Assembly (NCBI GenBank): GCA_943787795.1
Contig: CALSNU010000001.1
Location: 768,001 to 832,000, forward strand
DNA length: 64,000 nucleotides
Origin: an uncultured bacterium
GTDB taxonomy: Bacteria; Planctomycetota; UBA1135; GCA-002686595
Reading direction: 5' to 3'
The notes beneath the pieces were generated by a model. That model was not told where the DNA came from. It did not search any database and was given only the letters and a program-made list of their open reading frames with translations. Both the position numbers and the translations under genes were made by a program. This document shows positions 19,520-29,212 of this stretch, one piece after another (within the stretch, counting starts at the first letter, position 1; the number at the start of each line of letters is the position of its first letter).

Positions 19520-22450
19520 TCAGAGCGACCGCTTGATCTCCTTCATGCGGTACGCCTCGACCACGTCTTCCAGGCGGATGTCGCGGAAGTCCTTGAGGAC
19601 GATGCCGCACTCGAAGCCGGAGCGGACCTCGTTGGCCTCCTCCTTCTCCCGTCGGAGCGACCCGATCTGGCCGGTGTACACGACGGTGCCATCGCGGATC
19701 AGGCGCACCTTGTTGCTGCGCTTGACCGTGCCGTCGGTGACCATGCAGCCAGCGATGAGTCCGATCTTGGAGGACTTGAAGAGCCGTCGAATCTCGACGT
19801 GGCCCATGATCTCCTCCTCGTACTCCGGCTTCAGCGCGCCTTCCATGACGCGTCGGAGGTCATCGAGCAGCTCGTAGATGACGCCGTAGCGGCGTACAAC
19901 GAGGCCGCCGCGCTCAGCCGCCTGACGCGCCTTCGGGTTCACCGAGACGTGGAAGGCGATCAGCAGAGCTTCAGAGGTGGAGGCGAGGTCGACATCGCTC
20001 TCCGTGATGGGGCCGACGCCGGCGTGCACCAGCTTGACCTGGACCTCGTCGTGCTCGAGCGCGTCGATCTCCTGGCGGATGACCTCGACCGAGCCCTGGA
20101 CGTCCGCGCGGACAATGACGTTGATGACCTCGCGCTCCGTCTTCGGAGCGGACCCGAGGATCGCCTCGAGCTCGCGGCTCGGCTCGCGCTTGGACGCCAG
20201 CATCTTGGCTCGGCTCGTGCGCTCGCGCTCCTGGGCGATCTCTTTGGCCTGAGCCAGGGTCTCGATGACGTGGAAGGGCTGCCCGACGCCCGGGAGGGCG
20301 TCGAGGCCGGTGACCGACACGGGGGTCGATGGGCCGGCGACCTTCAGGGTCTTGCCTCGGTCATTGATGATCTGGCGGACCTTGCCGTAGCCCTCGCCGG
20401 CGAGGATGACGTCGCCCTTGTTGAGCGTGCCGTCCTGCACGAGAAGGTGGGCGATGATGCCCCTGCCCTGCTGGATCTCGGCCTCGAGGACCACGCCAGC
20501 GGCCGGGCCGTCCGGGTGGGCACGGAGGCCCAACTCGGACTCGCCCATGAGGAAGATGTGCTCGAGGAGCTCCTCGATGCCGTCTCCAGTCATGCCTGAG
20601 GTCTCGAACATGGCGGTCTTGCCGCCGTACTGCTCAGGGACAAGCTCCTGGCCCATCAGCTGCTGGATCACCGAGTTCGCGTTGAACTCGGGGCGGTCCT
20701 TCTTGTTGATGGCGACCACGATAGGGGTGCCGGCCGCGCGGGCGTGTGCGATGGCCTCGACGGTGCTCGGCTTGACGCCGTCATCTCCAGCGACCACGAG
20801 CACGACAATGTCCACGGCCTTGGCGCCTCGGGCGCGCATCGCCGTGAAGGCCTGGTGACCGGGGGTGTCAACGATGGTGACGGTGTGGCCCAGACGGGTC
20901 TGGACCTGGTACGCGCCGACGTGCTGCGTGATGCCGCCCGACTCCTTGTCCGCGACCTTGGTCTCGCGGATCTTGTCGATGAGCGTCGTCTTGCCGTGGT
21001 CGACGTGGCCGAGGAACGCCACGGTGGGGGAGCGCTCGAAGAGCAGCTCCTCCTCGATCTCGCTTCGCTTCTTGGCGACCTCGTCGATCATCAGCTGCTC
21101 GGCGGTGACCTCCTGCTTGACCTCGAGGGTGACCCCGAACTCGGAGGCGAGGAGCGTCGCCGTGTCGCCGTCGATGGTCGCGTTCAGCGTGAACATGCCG
21201 AGCTGCTGCTCGAGGGCCCGCTTCTGGACCACGCTGCTCTTGAGCGAGAGGCCGTCGGCGAGCTTCGCCATCGTGATCGGCTCCTCGATCGCGACGGTGC
21301 TCCCGCGGTAAGGCGACTCGGTGACCTGGTCTCGGCTGCCGCCGCGACCGCCGCTGTTCCGGCGACCCGGAGGCCCGCCAGCAGCTCGGTTGCGCCGCAG
21401 GAAGCGGCCCTGCTCGCGCTCGCGGAGCTCCGCGGCGGTCATCTTGCCTCGCGGCCCGGCGGGGCCAGCCTGGCGGTTGCGGTCACGTCCGAAGGTGGGG
21501 CGGACGTCGGGCGTCGCGTCATCCCTCGACTGGAGCCTGCGAGAATCCGGGCGGCTTCGGCTGGGCGAGGCCTGCTGGAAGCTCGACGGATCGATGAAGC
21601 CGACGACGTTGCCCTTGCGGCCGGCGCCCTCTGTTGCGGCAGGCGCCGCAGTGTCACCTGCTGCTGGAGCCGGCTTGGGAGCGTCGCCAGCCGGAGTCTC
21701 AGGGGCGGGAGCGGCCGGAGACTCAGCCACCGTGCCTTCGGCGGCGGGCGCCGCCGGGCCAGCTTCGGCAGCGGGGGGCGCCTCGATCGGTGCGGAGACC
21801 TCGCTCACTGGCTGGGGAGCCGTCGGCGCTTCAGCCCCGGTAGCGTCAGGCTGGGGAGCCTCCGCAGCGGGAGCCGCAGCGGTCGGAGCCTCGACAGCGG
21901 GAGCAGTAGGGGTCTCGGAGACGGGGGCCTCGGCGACCGGAGCTCCAGCGGCCGGAGCCTCCGCGGCCGGAGCTTCAGCCGCAGGAGCCTCGGCGGCGGG
22001 AGCTTCAGCGGCGGGAGCCTCAGCCGCAGGAGCCTCAGCCGCAGGAGCCTCAGCCGCAGGAGCCTCAGCCGCAGGAGCCTCAGCGGCGGGCGCAGGCGCG
22101 ACCGGAGCCGGAGCAGGGGGAGCCGCGGCGGTGGGAGCCGGGGTCTTCTTCCTGCGCTTCAGGCCGGGGAGGCCGGCGAGTGCGCCGTCGTGGTCTTCCG
22201 CGGCAGCGGCCTTCCTGCGCTTCTTGACGCGCAGTCCGCCGCTCTCGTCAGCGGGGGCCTCTTCAGGCTCGCTGGGCGAGATGCCGTTGGCCTCGAGCAG
22301 TCCCATCGCCTGGACCTGCTCGAACTGGTCCAACGCGGACATGTGGCTCTTCGCCTTGCTGAATCCGAAGTCTCGAAGCTTGGACGCCAGGTCCTTGCCG
22401 GGCATGCCGTACTTCTTCGCGAGATCGTGGATGCGTACCTTGTCGCTCAA
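19520..22450 (-). CDS. infB: Translation initiation factor IF-2
   Basis: N-terminal KVRIHDLAK, GHVDHGKTT, GGITQH, DTPGH, NKKD and GFECGI. TTG start at 22450 inferred. Confidence 0.97.
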   Translation of the reverse strand: MSDKVRIHDLAKKYGMPGKDLASKLRDFGFSKAKSHMSALDQFEQVQAMGLLEANGISPSEPEEAPADESGGLRVKKRRKAAAAEDHDGALAGLPGLKRRKKTPAPTAAAPPAPAPVAPAPAAEAPAAEAPAAEAPAAEAPAAEAPAAEAPAAEAPAAEAPAAEAPAAGAPVAEAPVSETPTAPAVEAPTAAAPAAEAPQPDATGAEAPTAPQPVSEVSAPIEAPPAAEAGPAAPAAEGTVAESPAAPAPETPAGDAPKPAPAAGDTAAPAATEGAGRKGNVVGFIDPSSFQQASPSRSRPDSRRLQSRDDATPDVRPTFGRDRNRQAGPAGPRGKMTAAELREREQGRFLRRNRAAGGPPGRRNSGGRGGSRDQVTESPYRGSTVAIEEPITMAKLADGLSLKSSVVQKRALEQQLGMFTLNATIDGDTATLLASEFGVTLEVKQEVTAEQLMIDEVAKKRSEIEEELLFERSPTVAFLGHVDHGKTTLIDKIRETKVADKESGGITQHVGAYQVQTRLGHTVTIVDTPGHQAFTAMRARGAKAVDIVVLVVAGDDGVKPSTVEAIAHARAAGTPIVVAINKKDRPEFNANSVIQQLMGQELVPEQYGGKTAMFETSGMTGDGIEELLEHIFLMGESELGLRAHPDGPAAGVVLEAEIQQGRGIIAHLLVQDGTLNKGDVILAGEGYGKVRQIINDRGKTLKVAGPSTPVSVTGLDALPGVGQPFHVIETLAQAKEIAQERERTSRAKMLASKREPSRELEAILGSAPKTEREVINVIVRADVQGSVEVIRQEIDALEHDEVQVKLVHAGVGPITESDVDLASTSEALLIAFHVSVNPKARQAAERGGLVVRRYGVIYELLDDLRRVMEGALKPEYEEEIMGHVEIRRLFKSSKIGLIAGCMVTDGTVKRSNKVRLIRDGTVVYTGQIGSLRREKEEANEVRSGFECGIVLKDFRDIRLEDVVEAYRMKEIKRSL
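21938..22087 (-). repeat. 15-bp coding tandem repeat, 10 units (AAEAP x9 + AAGAP), in the IF-2 linker
   Basis: aggagcctcagccgc-type units on the + strand with synonymous variation. Confidence 0.92.
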
Positions 22451-22705
22451 ACTTTGGGTGTTGGGTTCTTGGGGCGCTCGTGGGGGGTGTAGAGCGCCGG
22501 GCTGGCCGTGGTCATCTCCGAGATCGGCCAGCGTGAAGATCACCTGGTTCGAGCGGGGAGATCGTCCTCAAAGCGGACGAAGTGGCGTGTTCTGGGGGGC
22601 GTTGGAAGGCCGGAGGAGTGAGCGCGCTGGAGCGCGCGACCCTCAGGCTTCATGGCGGGAGACAATCACGATGATGTGTTGGGCTCTGGGTACTCGGGGC
22701 TGGCG

Positions 22706-23845
22706 TCAGGACGCCGCCGGGGGGGCCGGCGGTTCCTCGACAGCCGCAGAATCAACCGAGGCGGCCTCGTTGGGAGCCTCCACGGGGACAGTTTCGGCTT
22801 CGGAGTGGTCCCCGGCGGGAGCCTCAGCGGACTCAGCGGGAGCCTCAACGGCACCGTCGATCTCACCCTCTGCGGGGGCAGAGCCAGCGTCTTCGAAGTA
22901 CTCCTCTCGGGTCTTGATGTCGATTTCCCAGCCGCACAGGCGGCTGGCGAGGCGGACGTTCTGGCCGCGCTTGCCGATGGCAAGGGACTGCTGCTCCTCG
23001 TCCACGAGCACCGTCACGGAGTGACGGTCGACGTGGGGGTAGATGTTGTCCAGGTGGATCTTGGCCGGCCCGAGCCCGTTCATGACGAGGGTCTCGAGGG
23101 AGTCGCTCCACCGGATGATGTCGATGCGCTCGCCGCGCAGCTCGTCGATGACGGCCTTGATCCTCGAGCCGCGGACGCCGACGCAGGCGCCAATGGCGTC
23201 GATCTTGGGGTCGCTGGAGAGGACGGCCATCTTCGTGCGATAGCCGGGCTCACGGACGACGCGCTTGATCTCGATGATCTGGTCAGCGATCTCAGGCACC
23301 TCCAGCTCGAAGAGTCGACGCACGAGGTCGGGGTGGGTCCGGCTGACCAGCACCTTGACGCGGCTGCCGTCCTTGCGGACCTCGACGATGATGACGCGGA
23401 TCCGATCGCCGGGGGCATAGGTCTCCCCGCGGACGCGGTCCTCGCGGATCAGGTTCGCCTCAACGTCTCCGAGGCTGACGATGAGGTCCTGCCCTTCGTA
23501 GCGCTGGACCTCGCCGCTGATGAGCTGGCCGACCCGTGCCTCGTACTTGTCATAGAAGACGTCGCGCTCGGCCTCTCGGACGCGCTGTGTGAACCCCTGC
23601 TTGACCGTCTGAGCGACGATCCTGCCGAGATCCTCCATGTCAAACTCGTAGACGCCTTCATCGTCCTCGATCGTGACCTCACCGGACTCCCGGTCGATGG
23701 TGCAGATCAGGTCCTCGCCCTCGCCGAAGCGCTTGCGCACGGCAGCGGCCATCGACTCCTCCAGGGCGCGGAAGATGACTTCCCGAGGGATGTTCTTCAT
23801 CGCGTGGAGCGCGTCGATTGTCTGGAGGAGGGTCTCGGGGTTCAT
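22706..23845 (-). CDS. nusA: Transcription termination/antitermination factor NusA
   Basis: LGRIVAQTVKQ, S1 domain, SRTHPDLV..LFELEVPEI, REPGYRTK, GACVGVRGSRI and AIGKRGQNVRLA. Confidence 0.97.
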   Translation of the reverse strand: MNPETLLQTIDALHAMKNIPREVIFRALEESMAAAVRKRFGEGEDLICTIDRESGEVTIEDDEGVYEFDMEDLGRIVAQTVKQGFTQRVREAERDVFYDKYEARVGQLISGEVQRYEGQDLIVSLGDVEANLIREDRVRGETYAPGDRIRVIIVEVRKDGSRVKVLVSRTHPDLVRRLFELEVPEIADQIIEIKRVVREPGYRTKMAVLSSDPKIDAIGACVGVRGSRIKAVIDELRGERIDIIRWSDSLETLVMNGLGPAKIHLDNIYPHVDRHSVTVLVDEEQQSLAIGKRGQNVRLASRLCGWEIDIKTREEYFEDAGSAPAEGEIDGAVEAPAESAEAPAGDHSEAETVPVEAPNEAASVDSAAVEEPPAPPAAS

Positions 23846-23862
23846 GGCTCGAGGTCGGGGCA

Positions 23863-23894
23863 ATAGAAAAGGAGCGGGGGAATCCCCGCTCCTT
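23863..23894 (-). terminator. Intrinsic-terminator-like hairpin in the nusA leader (putative attenuator)
   Basis: Minus strand reads AAGGAGCGGGG-ATTC-CCCCGCTCCTT-TTCTAT, ending ~20 nt before the nusA ATG. Confidence 0.65.
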
Positions 23895-24093
23895 CCGCTG
23901 CGCAGGGGCAGTCAGCTCCGTGTTGAGAACGGGGCTGGCAGCGAATGCGCGGTGTCCAGGAGAGTTTGTAGGGTCTTCAGGCGCCGCGTAGTTTGGTCCA
24001 GGGGGTCCGGGGAGTCAACCTCTCCCGGCTCGCTTCCCGGGGCCTTCAATGACGCCTCCTCGACGCGTGTCGGCCCCTGCCCAAGATCCGACG

Positions 24094-25137
24094 ATGAACA
24101 CAGATCCCACCGATCCCCAGGCCCCTCGCGCCGGAGCGCCCGCCAGCCCCAGAGGCGGCGAGGAGAGCGCCTGGGCCTCGTTTGAGGCCGATCTGAATCG
24201 CGTCGCCGCCTCCGGCCTCTCCGCGCCGGCGGTCCCGGCGACGGTCCTGCTCACCGGAGAGAGCGGCTCGGGCAAGAGTCGGGCCGCCCGCCGATTGCAT
24301 GATCGCTCCCCCCGTGCCGAGGGCCCGTTCATCGCGGTACAGCTCGCGGCCCTCTCCTCGACGCTGATCGAGGCCGAGCTCTTCGGGCACGAAGCGGGTG
24401 CGTTCACGGGTGCCTCGGGGGCGCGGCTGGGCCGTTTCGAGCTCGCCACCGGCGGCACGCTGGTCCTCGAGGGTGTGGAGACCCTCGCCCTCGACCTTCA
24501 GGTCAAGCTCCTGCGGGTCCTCCAGGAGCGGGTTGTCGAGCCGCTTGGGTCCGAGTCGGGGCGGCAAGTGGACGTCCGCGTCATCGCCACCTCGGCTCGG
24601 GACCTGCGGGATGCCGTGGAGGAAGGGGCCTTCAGGGAGGACCTCTACTTCCGGCTGGCGGTCGTCCCGCTCTCCGTGCCACCTCTGAGGGCCCGAGCGT
24701 GGGAGGACAGCTTTGAGGAGCTCTGCGGAGACCTCGCGGGCGACGTCGCGGCGCGTCTCGGCGTCCCCACCAGGCGGCTCTCCAAGGGGGGGGTGGACGC
24801 CCTGAGAGCTCACCCGTGGCCCGGGAACTTCAGGGAGCTGGAGAACGCCCTCGAGCGCGCCCTTGTGCTGGGCGGCGCGGCGCTGCCGCCGCAGGCTCCG
24901 TTGGACGGGGTGCACTTTGACTTCCTCCATGAGACCATCCGGGGCCGGGCGAGCGAGCTTGCCCGGCAAGCGCTGGCGTCAGGCGTCGGTCTGGACGAGC
25001 TCGACGCCGCGGTGCTCGCCGAGGCGCTTGAGGAGTCGAGGGGCAACGTGGCTGCGGCAGCGCGCCGCGTCGGGCTCTCCCGTCGAGCCTTCGCCTATCG
25101 CCAGAAGCGAGCTGCGGAGCCCGAGGGACAGGGCTGA
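24094..25137 (+). CDS. Sigma54-interaction (bEBP) AAA+ regulator with Fis-type HTH and no N-terminal sensor domain
   Basis: [50 protein letters not shown] and [14 protein letters not shown]. Start at 24049 or 24094. Confidence 0.88.
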   Translation: MNTDPTDPQAPRAGAPASPRGGEESAWASFEADLNRVAASGLSAPAVPATVLLTGESGSGKSRAARRLHDRSPRAEGPFIAVQLAALSSTLIEAELFGHEAGAFTGASGARLGRFELATGGTLVLEGVETLALDLQVKLLRVLQERVVEPLGSESGRQVDVRVIATSARDLRDAVEEGAFREDLYFRLAVVPLSVPPLRARAWEDSFEELCGDLAGDVAARLGVPTRRLSKGGVDALRAHPWPGNFRELENALERALVLGGAALPPQAPLDGVHFDFLHETIRGRASELARQALASGVGLDELDAAVLAEALEESRGNVAAAARRVGLSRRAFAYRQKRAAEPEGQG

Positions 25138-25196
25138 GCCGCGTCAGCGCGCGTGCGGGCTCGATGAATGCGGCGCCCTGTTAGAGTCCTCGATAG

Positions 25197-27689
25197 ATGT
25201 CCTCGTTGATCCTCTATGCCCTGGCAGCCCTGACGCTGCCTCCCTCCGGCTCGGTCCTCGTTCCACCCGCAGCGCGGGGAGCAGGCATGGAAGTGGAGGC
25301 TGGGGCCGGGACCCAAGAGGGAGCGGCCGCGCCCTCGGAGGAGCCGCTCGCTGCTGGGCCACTCTTGGTTCAACTCCTGGAAGGCGACCGGCCTGGACGA
25401 GTCCAGATGGCCGAGCGGCTCGCGGACATCCTCCCGACCAGCCAGGTGCTTGAGGCGCTGCCGCTGCTCGCCGACCGGGACCCGGAGATTCGCGTCATCG
25501 CCGCAGGGCTCCTCGCGAGGCCTGACCTTGCAGGGGCGGCGAGGCGTGAGCGCGTGGGCGCCCTGGCTCGGGCCGCCGCGCTGGATGCGGACCGGCGGGT
25601 GGTCATGGCGGCGATCGAGTCGCTCGGCCGGATCGGTGGCCCCCGCGCGACCGCCGAGCTCGCTGCGCTGACCGGGGACGATATGAACGCGGTCGCCGTG
25701 GCCGCGGCGCGAGCGCTCGCGGGAGCCCCCGGGGGGCTCTCGCCACTCTGTGCCCTCGTCCGCCGTTCCACGGCGTCGGAGGGTCGGCCTCGCTCGGCGG
25801 TGCTCGTGGAGCTCCTGCCCCGCTACGGCCAGTGGCTCGCCGACGAGCCGGCGGCCACCGCGGGAGATCACGCGCCCCTCGTCTTTGGACTTCGGCACCC
25901 ATCCTTCGACGTCCGGGCCGCGGCCCGGGTGGCCTTCGACCGACTGATCTCTCGGCTCATCGACTCGGCGGTCCCGGGCCGGGCCTCCTCGCTGCTCGGG
26001 AAGCTCGGCGGCGTGGGGATTGAACGAGATGTGGCGCTCTATCAGCGCGCTCGGATCTGCCTGGCGGCTGAAGGCGACGCGGCTGGTGCCCTGGTGGCGG
26101 CACGAGAGCTGGTTCGGTCCAGGGGGCTGATGCTCCGTCCCAGCGCGCGAACGGACGCCTTCGAGTCGCAGCTCTGGCTGTTTCGAGGCCTCTACCTGCA
26201 GGGGATCGCCGAGATCGCGCTCGGTGATCACGCCGCCGCTTCGGACTCTCTTTCGAGCGCGGCCAGCGCCCTCGACGTCGCCCTCTCCGAGCGGCGGGAC
26301 CTGCTCTCACGCCCTGAACGCGCGCGGCACGTGGACCTGTTGCACCAGCGGGCGGTCACCGAGGTGGCGCGGACCCTGGCGCTCGTGGTCCGCGGCGACT
26401 CGGGGATCGGCGCCCTCGAGCGAGGTCGCTCCGCGCACCTGATTCACCTGGAGGCCCAGGCCGTCTATGCGGAGATCGAGGGCAACGTCACCACCGGCTG
26501 GGACGGCCTCTTGACCGCGGACCTCTCGCCGTACCGGCTGCTCTTCGGCCGCAAGGGGTTCGCGGGGTCGTCGAGCGAGGGTGCGGCGCTCCGCCCGCTG
26601 GACCGCGCGACGATCGTCCGGCTGGAGGGCGCCCTCGGCCGCATCCTCGCGACCGTGTCCCCCGGGGAGCTTCCCGGCTTCGAGCCGCTGGAAGGGTCCG
26701 CAGGGTCTGCGCTCCTCAAGCCGTTGACCGACCCGCTTGAGGATCCTCAGCGGCGTGAGCTCCTGGAGCGAATCAACGCCGCCAGGCTGACCGGGCTGGA
26801 GTCCGCCATCGAGGAGGCCGACGCGGCTTATCTGCGCGCGCAGCGGCGTGCTCCGGGGATGCTCCCCGAGCGCGAGTACGAGGCCCTCCAAAGGCTACAG
26901 GGGATGCGCATGCGCGCCGCCCAGGCCGCCGAGCAGGCCACGCGCGCCGGGGACCGCCGCTGGGTGCGCGACCTCCGCATCCCGGGCAGCGCCGCCCTCT
27001 GGTTCGCACAGGACCTGACGGAGGAGGGGCGCGGGGCCGAGGCGCGCCAGGTGGCGAGGCGCCTGGAGCTGGACATCGAGTCGCGTGGGATCTCCAACTG
27101 GTGGTTCTACGTGGGGCACGAGCGCATCGCGCGGGCGCAGCTGCTCCAGGGCAGCGCGTACACGGACGAGGGGCTCGGAGAGGAGGCGGAGGAGGTCCTC
27201 CTGCGTGCGGTGGAGCGCATCGAGGACATCGAGAAGCAGCTCAAGGAGAACGGCGCCTCCAAGGCGGCGGTGGCGCAGTTCCGAAACATGCGGGCCTCCG
27301 CGCTGGTGAGCCTGGCGGTCAACGCCAACGTCAAGCTGAGGGCGCCGGACCGAGCCCGCAGCTACTACGAGCGGGCCTATGCCCTGCGCAAGGACGAGTT
27401 CATGCGGACGCTCCTCGCCTGCTACCGGGCCCGTAGCGGCGCGGAGCCCGAGGCGCGGGCGCTCCTGCGCACGATCCAGCCCGGGCCAGGCACCTGGTAC
27501 AACCTCGCCTGCACCCACGCACTCCTCGGGGACGTGGACGAGGCCCTGGAGTACCTGCGGTCGGAGCTCGAGCAGAACCACTCGTCGTCCGAGTCACGGG
27601 CCCGCCAGCAGGAATGGGCCGCCGAGGATCCGGATCTGGCCTCGCTCAGGGACGACCCGCGATTCAGGCGCCTCGTCCGGGTCGACTGA
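25197..27689 (+). CDS. Exported HEAT-repeat/TPR protein
   Basis: Signal-like N-terminus; HEAT-like DRDPEIRVIAA, DADRRVVMAAIESLG and HPSFDVRAAA; C-terminal TPR WYNLACTHALLG...AAEDPDLASLRDDPRF. Confidence 0.7.
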   Translation: MSSLILYALAALTLPPSGSVLVPPAARGAGMEVEAGAGTQEGAAAPSEEPLAAGPLLVQLLEGDRPGRVQMAERLADILPTSQVLEALPLLADRDPEIRVIAAGLLARPDLAGAARRERVGALARAAALDADRRVVMAAIESLGRIGGPRATAELAALTGDDMNAVAVAAARALAGAPGGLSPLCALVRRSTASEGRPRSAVLVELLPRYGQWLADEPAATAGDHAPLVFGLRHPSFDVRAAARVAFDRLISRLIDSAVPGRASSLLGKLGGVGIERDVALYQRARICLAAEGDAAGALVAARELVRSRGLMLRPSARTDAFESQLWLFRGLYLQGIAEIALGDHAAASDSLSSAASALDVALSERRDLLSRPERARHVDLLHQRAVTEVARTLALVVRGDSGIGALERGRSAHLIHLEAQAVYAEIEGNVTTGWDGLLTADLSPYRLLFGRKGFAGSSSEGAALRPLDRATIVRLEGALGRILATVSPGELPGFEPLEGSAGSALLKPLTDPLEDPQRRELLERINAARLTGLESAIEEADAAYLRAQRRAPGMLPEREYEALQRLQGMRMRAAQAAEQATRAGDRRWVRDLRIPGSAALWFAQDLTEEGRGAEARQVARRLELDIESRGISNWWFYVGHERIARAQLLQGSAYTDEGLGEEAEEVLLRAVERIEDIEKQLKENGASKAAVAQFRNMRASALVSLAVNANVKLRAPDRARSYYERAYALRKDEFMRTLLACYRARSGAEPEARALLRTIQPGPGTWYNLACTHALLGDVDEALEYLRSELEQNHSSSESRARQQEWAAEDPDLASLRDDPRFRRLVRVD

Positions 27690-27789
27690 CGATATCCTCC
27701 CGGGCCCGATCGCTCTCGCGGCGGCTCCCGGTGGGCATGAGGCCCACTCGCGGACGCCGATCGCCTCGCCACGATCGCGGAGCGACTCC

Positions 27790-28968
27790 ATGGGAAAGGT
27801 GACTTTGACGGGTAAAGGGCGCCGGTGGTACCTGCGCGGGCACCCGTGGATCTACAAGGACGACGTGGCCTCAGCCGAGGCCACGCCGGGCGAGCTCGTG
27901 CCGGTCGAGGACCCGAACGGCGCGCCGCTGGGCTGGGGGCTCTTCAGCTCCGAGTCTCGGATCCGGGTCAGGATGGTCACCCGCGAGGCCGAGCAGCCGA
28001 ATCGGGCCTTCTGGGCCGAGCGGCTCCAGCGCGCCGTCCGCCATCGCGAGCGCCTGGGTCTGATGGATCCCGCCGGCGCGTGCCGGCTCGTGGGCGGCGA
28101 CTCGGATGGCTTCCCCGGGTGGATCGTGGACCGCTACGCCAAGACGCTGGTGATCCAGTCCGGCACGCAGGGGTCCGATCGGATGCGCGACTTCCTCATC
28201 GCGTTGCTGCGCGAGGCGATGCCCTTCGAGCCGGAGACGATCATCGATCGTTCCGACACGAGCGTCCGAAAGCTGGAGGGCCTCGAGAAGATCGTCGAGG
28301 TCGTGGACGGGACCATCGATGGGCCGGTCCTCGTCCAAGACCACGGCCTGCAGTACGAGGTCGACGTGTTCCAGGGCCACAAGACGGGGCACTACCTTGA
28401 CCAGTCGAGCAACCGCCTCAAGGCGGCCCAGCTCGCGAGCGGCGGTCGCGTCCTGGACGCCTTCGCCTACGACGGCCTCTTCGGGCTGCACGCGGCGCTG
28501 GCCGGGGCCGAGGAGGTCACGTGCCTCGAGCAGAACCGGGGCGCTTGCGAGCGCATCCTGGCCAACGCCGAGCGCAACGGCCTCCAGGACAAGATCAAGG
28601 TCGAGCGCGTCGACTGCATGAAGGACATGCGCGCGCGCGCCGAGCGGGGCGACCGCCACGACGTCGTCATCGTGGATCCGCCCGCTTTTGCGCGCAGCAA
28701 GAAGGAGATCGCCGGGGCCGAGCGGGGCTACGTCGAGCTGAACCGACGGGCCTTCGACCTCACGCCTGACGGTGGCGCGGTGGTGAGCGCATCGTGCTCC
28801 TACAACGTCAGCCCCAGGGACTTCGTGGAGTACATCGGCAAGGCCGCGAGCATCGCCGGTCGCCACGTCTGGATGGAGGAGCTCACCAGCGCCTCCAGTG
28901 ACCACCCGCACCTGGTGACCCTCCCCGAGACGGACTACCTGAAGTGCGCCTTCCTGCGCGTGCACTGA
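27790..28968 (+). CDS. rlmI: RlmI-like (PUA + class I SAM) rRNA m5C methyltransferase
   Basis: GHPWIY, DSDGFPGWIVDRY, GHKTGHYLDQ, IVDPPAFA, SASCS and ETDYLK. Confidence 0.85.
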   Translation: MGKVTLTGKGRRWYLRGHPWIYKDDVASAEATPGELVPVEDPNGAPLGWGLFSSESRIRVRMVTREAEQPNRAFWAERLQRAVRHRERLGLMDPAGACRLVGGDSDGFPGWIVDRYAKTLVIQSGTQGSDRMRDFLIALLREAMPFEPETIIDRSDTSVRKLEGLEKIVEVVDGTIDGPVLVQDHGLQYEVDVFQGHKTGHYLDQSSNRLKAAQLASGGRVLDAFAYDGLFGLHAALAGAEEVTCLEQNRGACERILANAERNGLQDKIKVERVDCMKDMRARAERGDRHDVVIVDPPAFARSKKEIAGAERGYVELNRRAFDLTPDGGAVVSASCSYNVSPRDFVEYIGKAASIAGRHVWMEELTSASSDHPHLVTLPETDYLKCAFLRVH

Positions 28969-28978
28969 GCGAAGGGAC

Positions 28979-29197
28979 ATGGACGCCACCACGACCCGAT
29001 CGATCCGCGTGAACGGAGAGTCCCTGGAGGTCGCCGCCGGCTGGACGGTGGCGGACCTCGTGGCGTCCCGCGGACTGCGGCCGGAGCAGGTCGCCGTCGA
29101 GGTCAACCGGGAGCTTGCGCCACGCGCCACGCACCCCGCGCGGATGCTCGAGGCGGGGGACCAGGTGGAGATCGTGACCCTCGTCGGCGGCGGTTAG
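28979..29197 (+). CDS. thiS: Sulfur carrier protein ThiS
   Basis: IRVNGE, VAVEVNRE, GDQVEIVTLVGGG with C-terminal GG; precedes thiG. Confidence 0.95.
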   Translation: MDATTTRSIRVNGESLEVAAGWTVADLVASRGLRPEQVAVEVNRELAPRATHPARMLEAGDQVEIVTLVGGG

Positions 29198-29212
29198 CCG
29201 GACCGACTTACA

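Noticed and set aside
22451..22705. ylxR or a leader peptide between nusA and infB
   Set aside because: Only a 37-codon ORF with no YlxR motifs (no R.C..C, no GRGAY).
23936..23950. Sigma54 -24/-12 promoter (TGGCAGCGAATGCGC) upstream of the bEBP
   Set aside because: GG-N10-GC spacing fits, but the TTGC element is absent and such matches are frequent in GC-rich DNA.
28960..29000. TPP riboswitch ahead of thiS-thiG
   Set aside because: Only 10 nt separate rlmI and thiS, and no THI-box sequence is visible.
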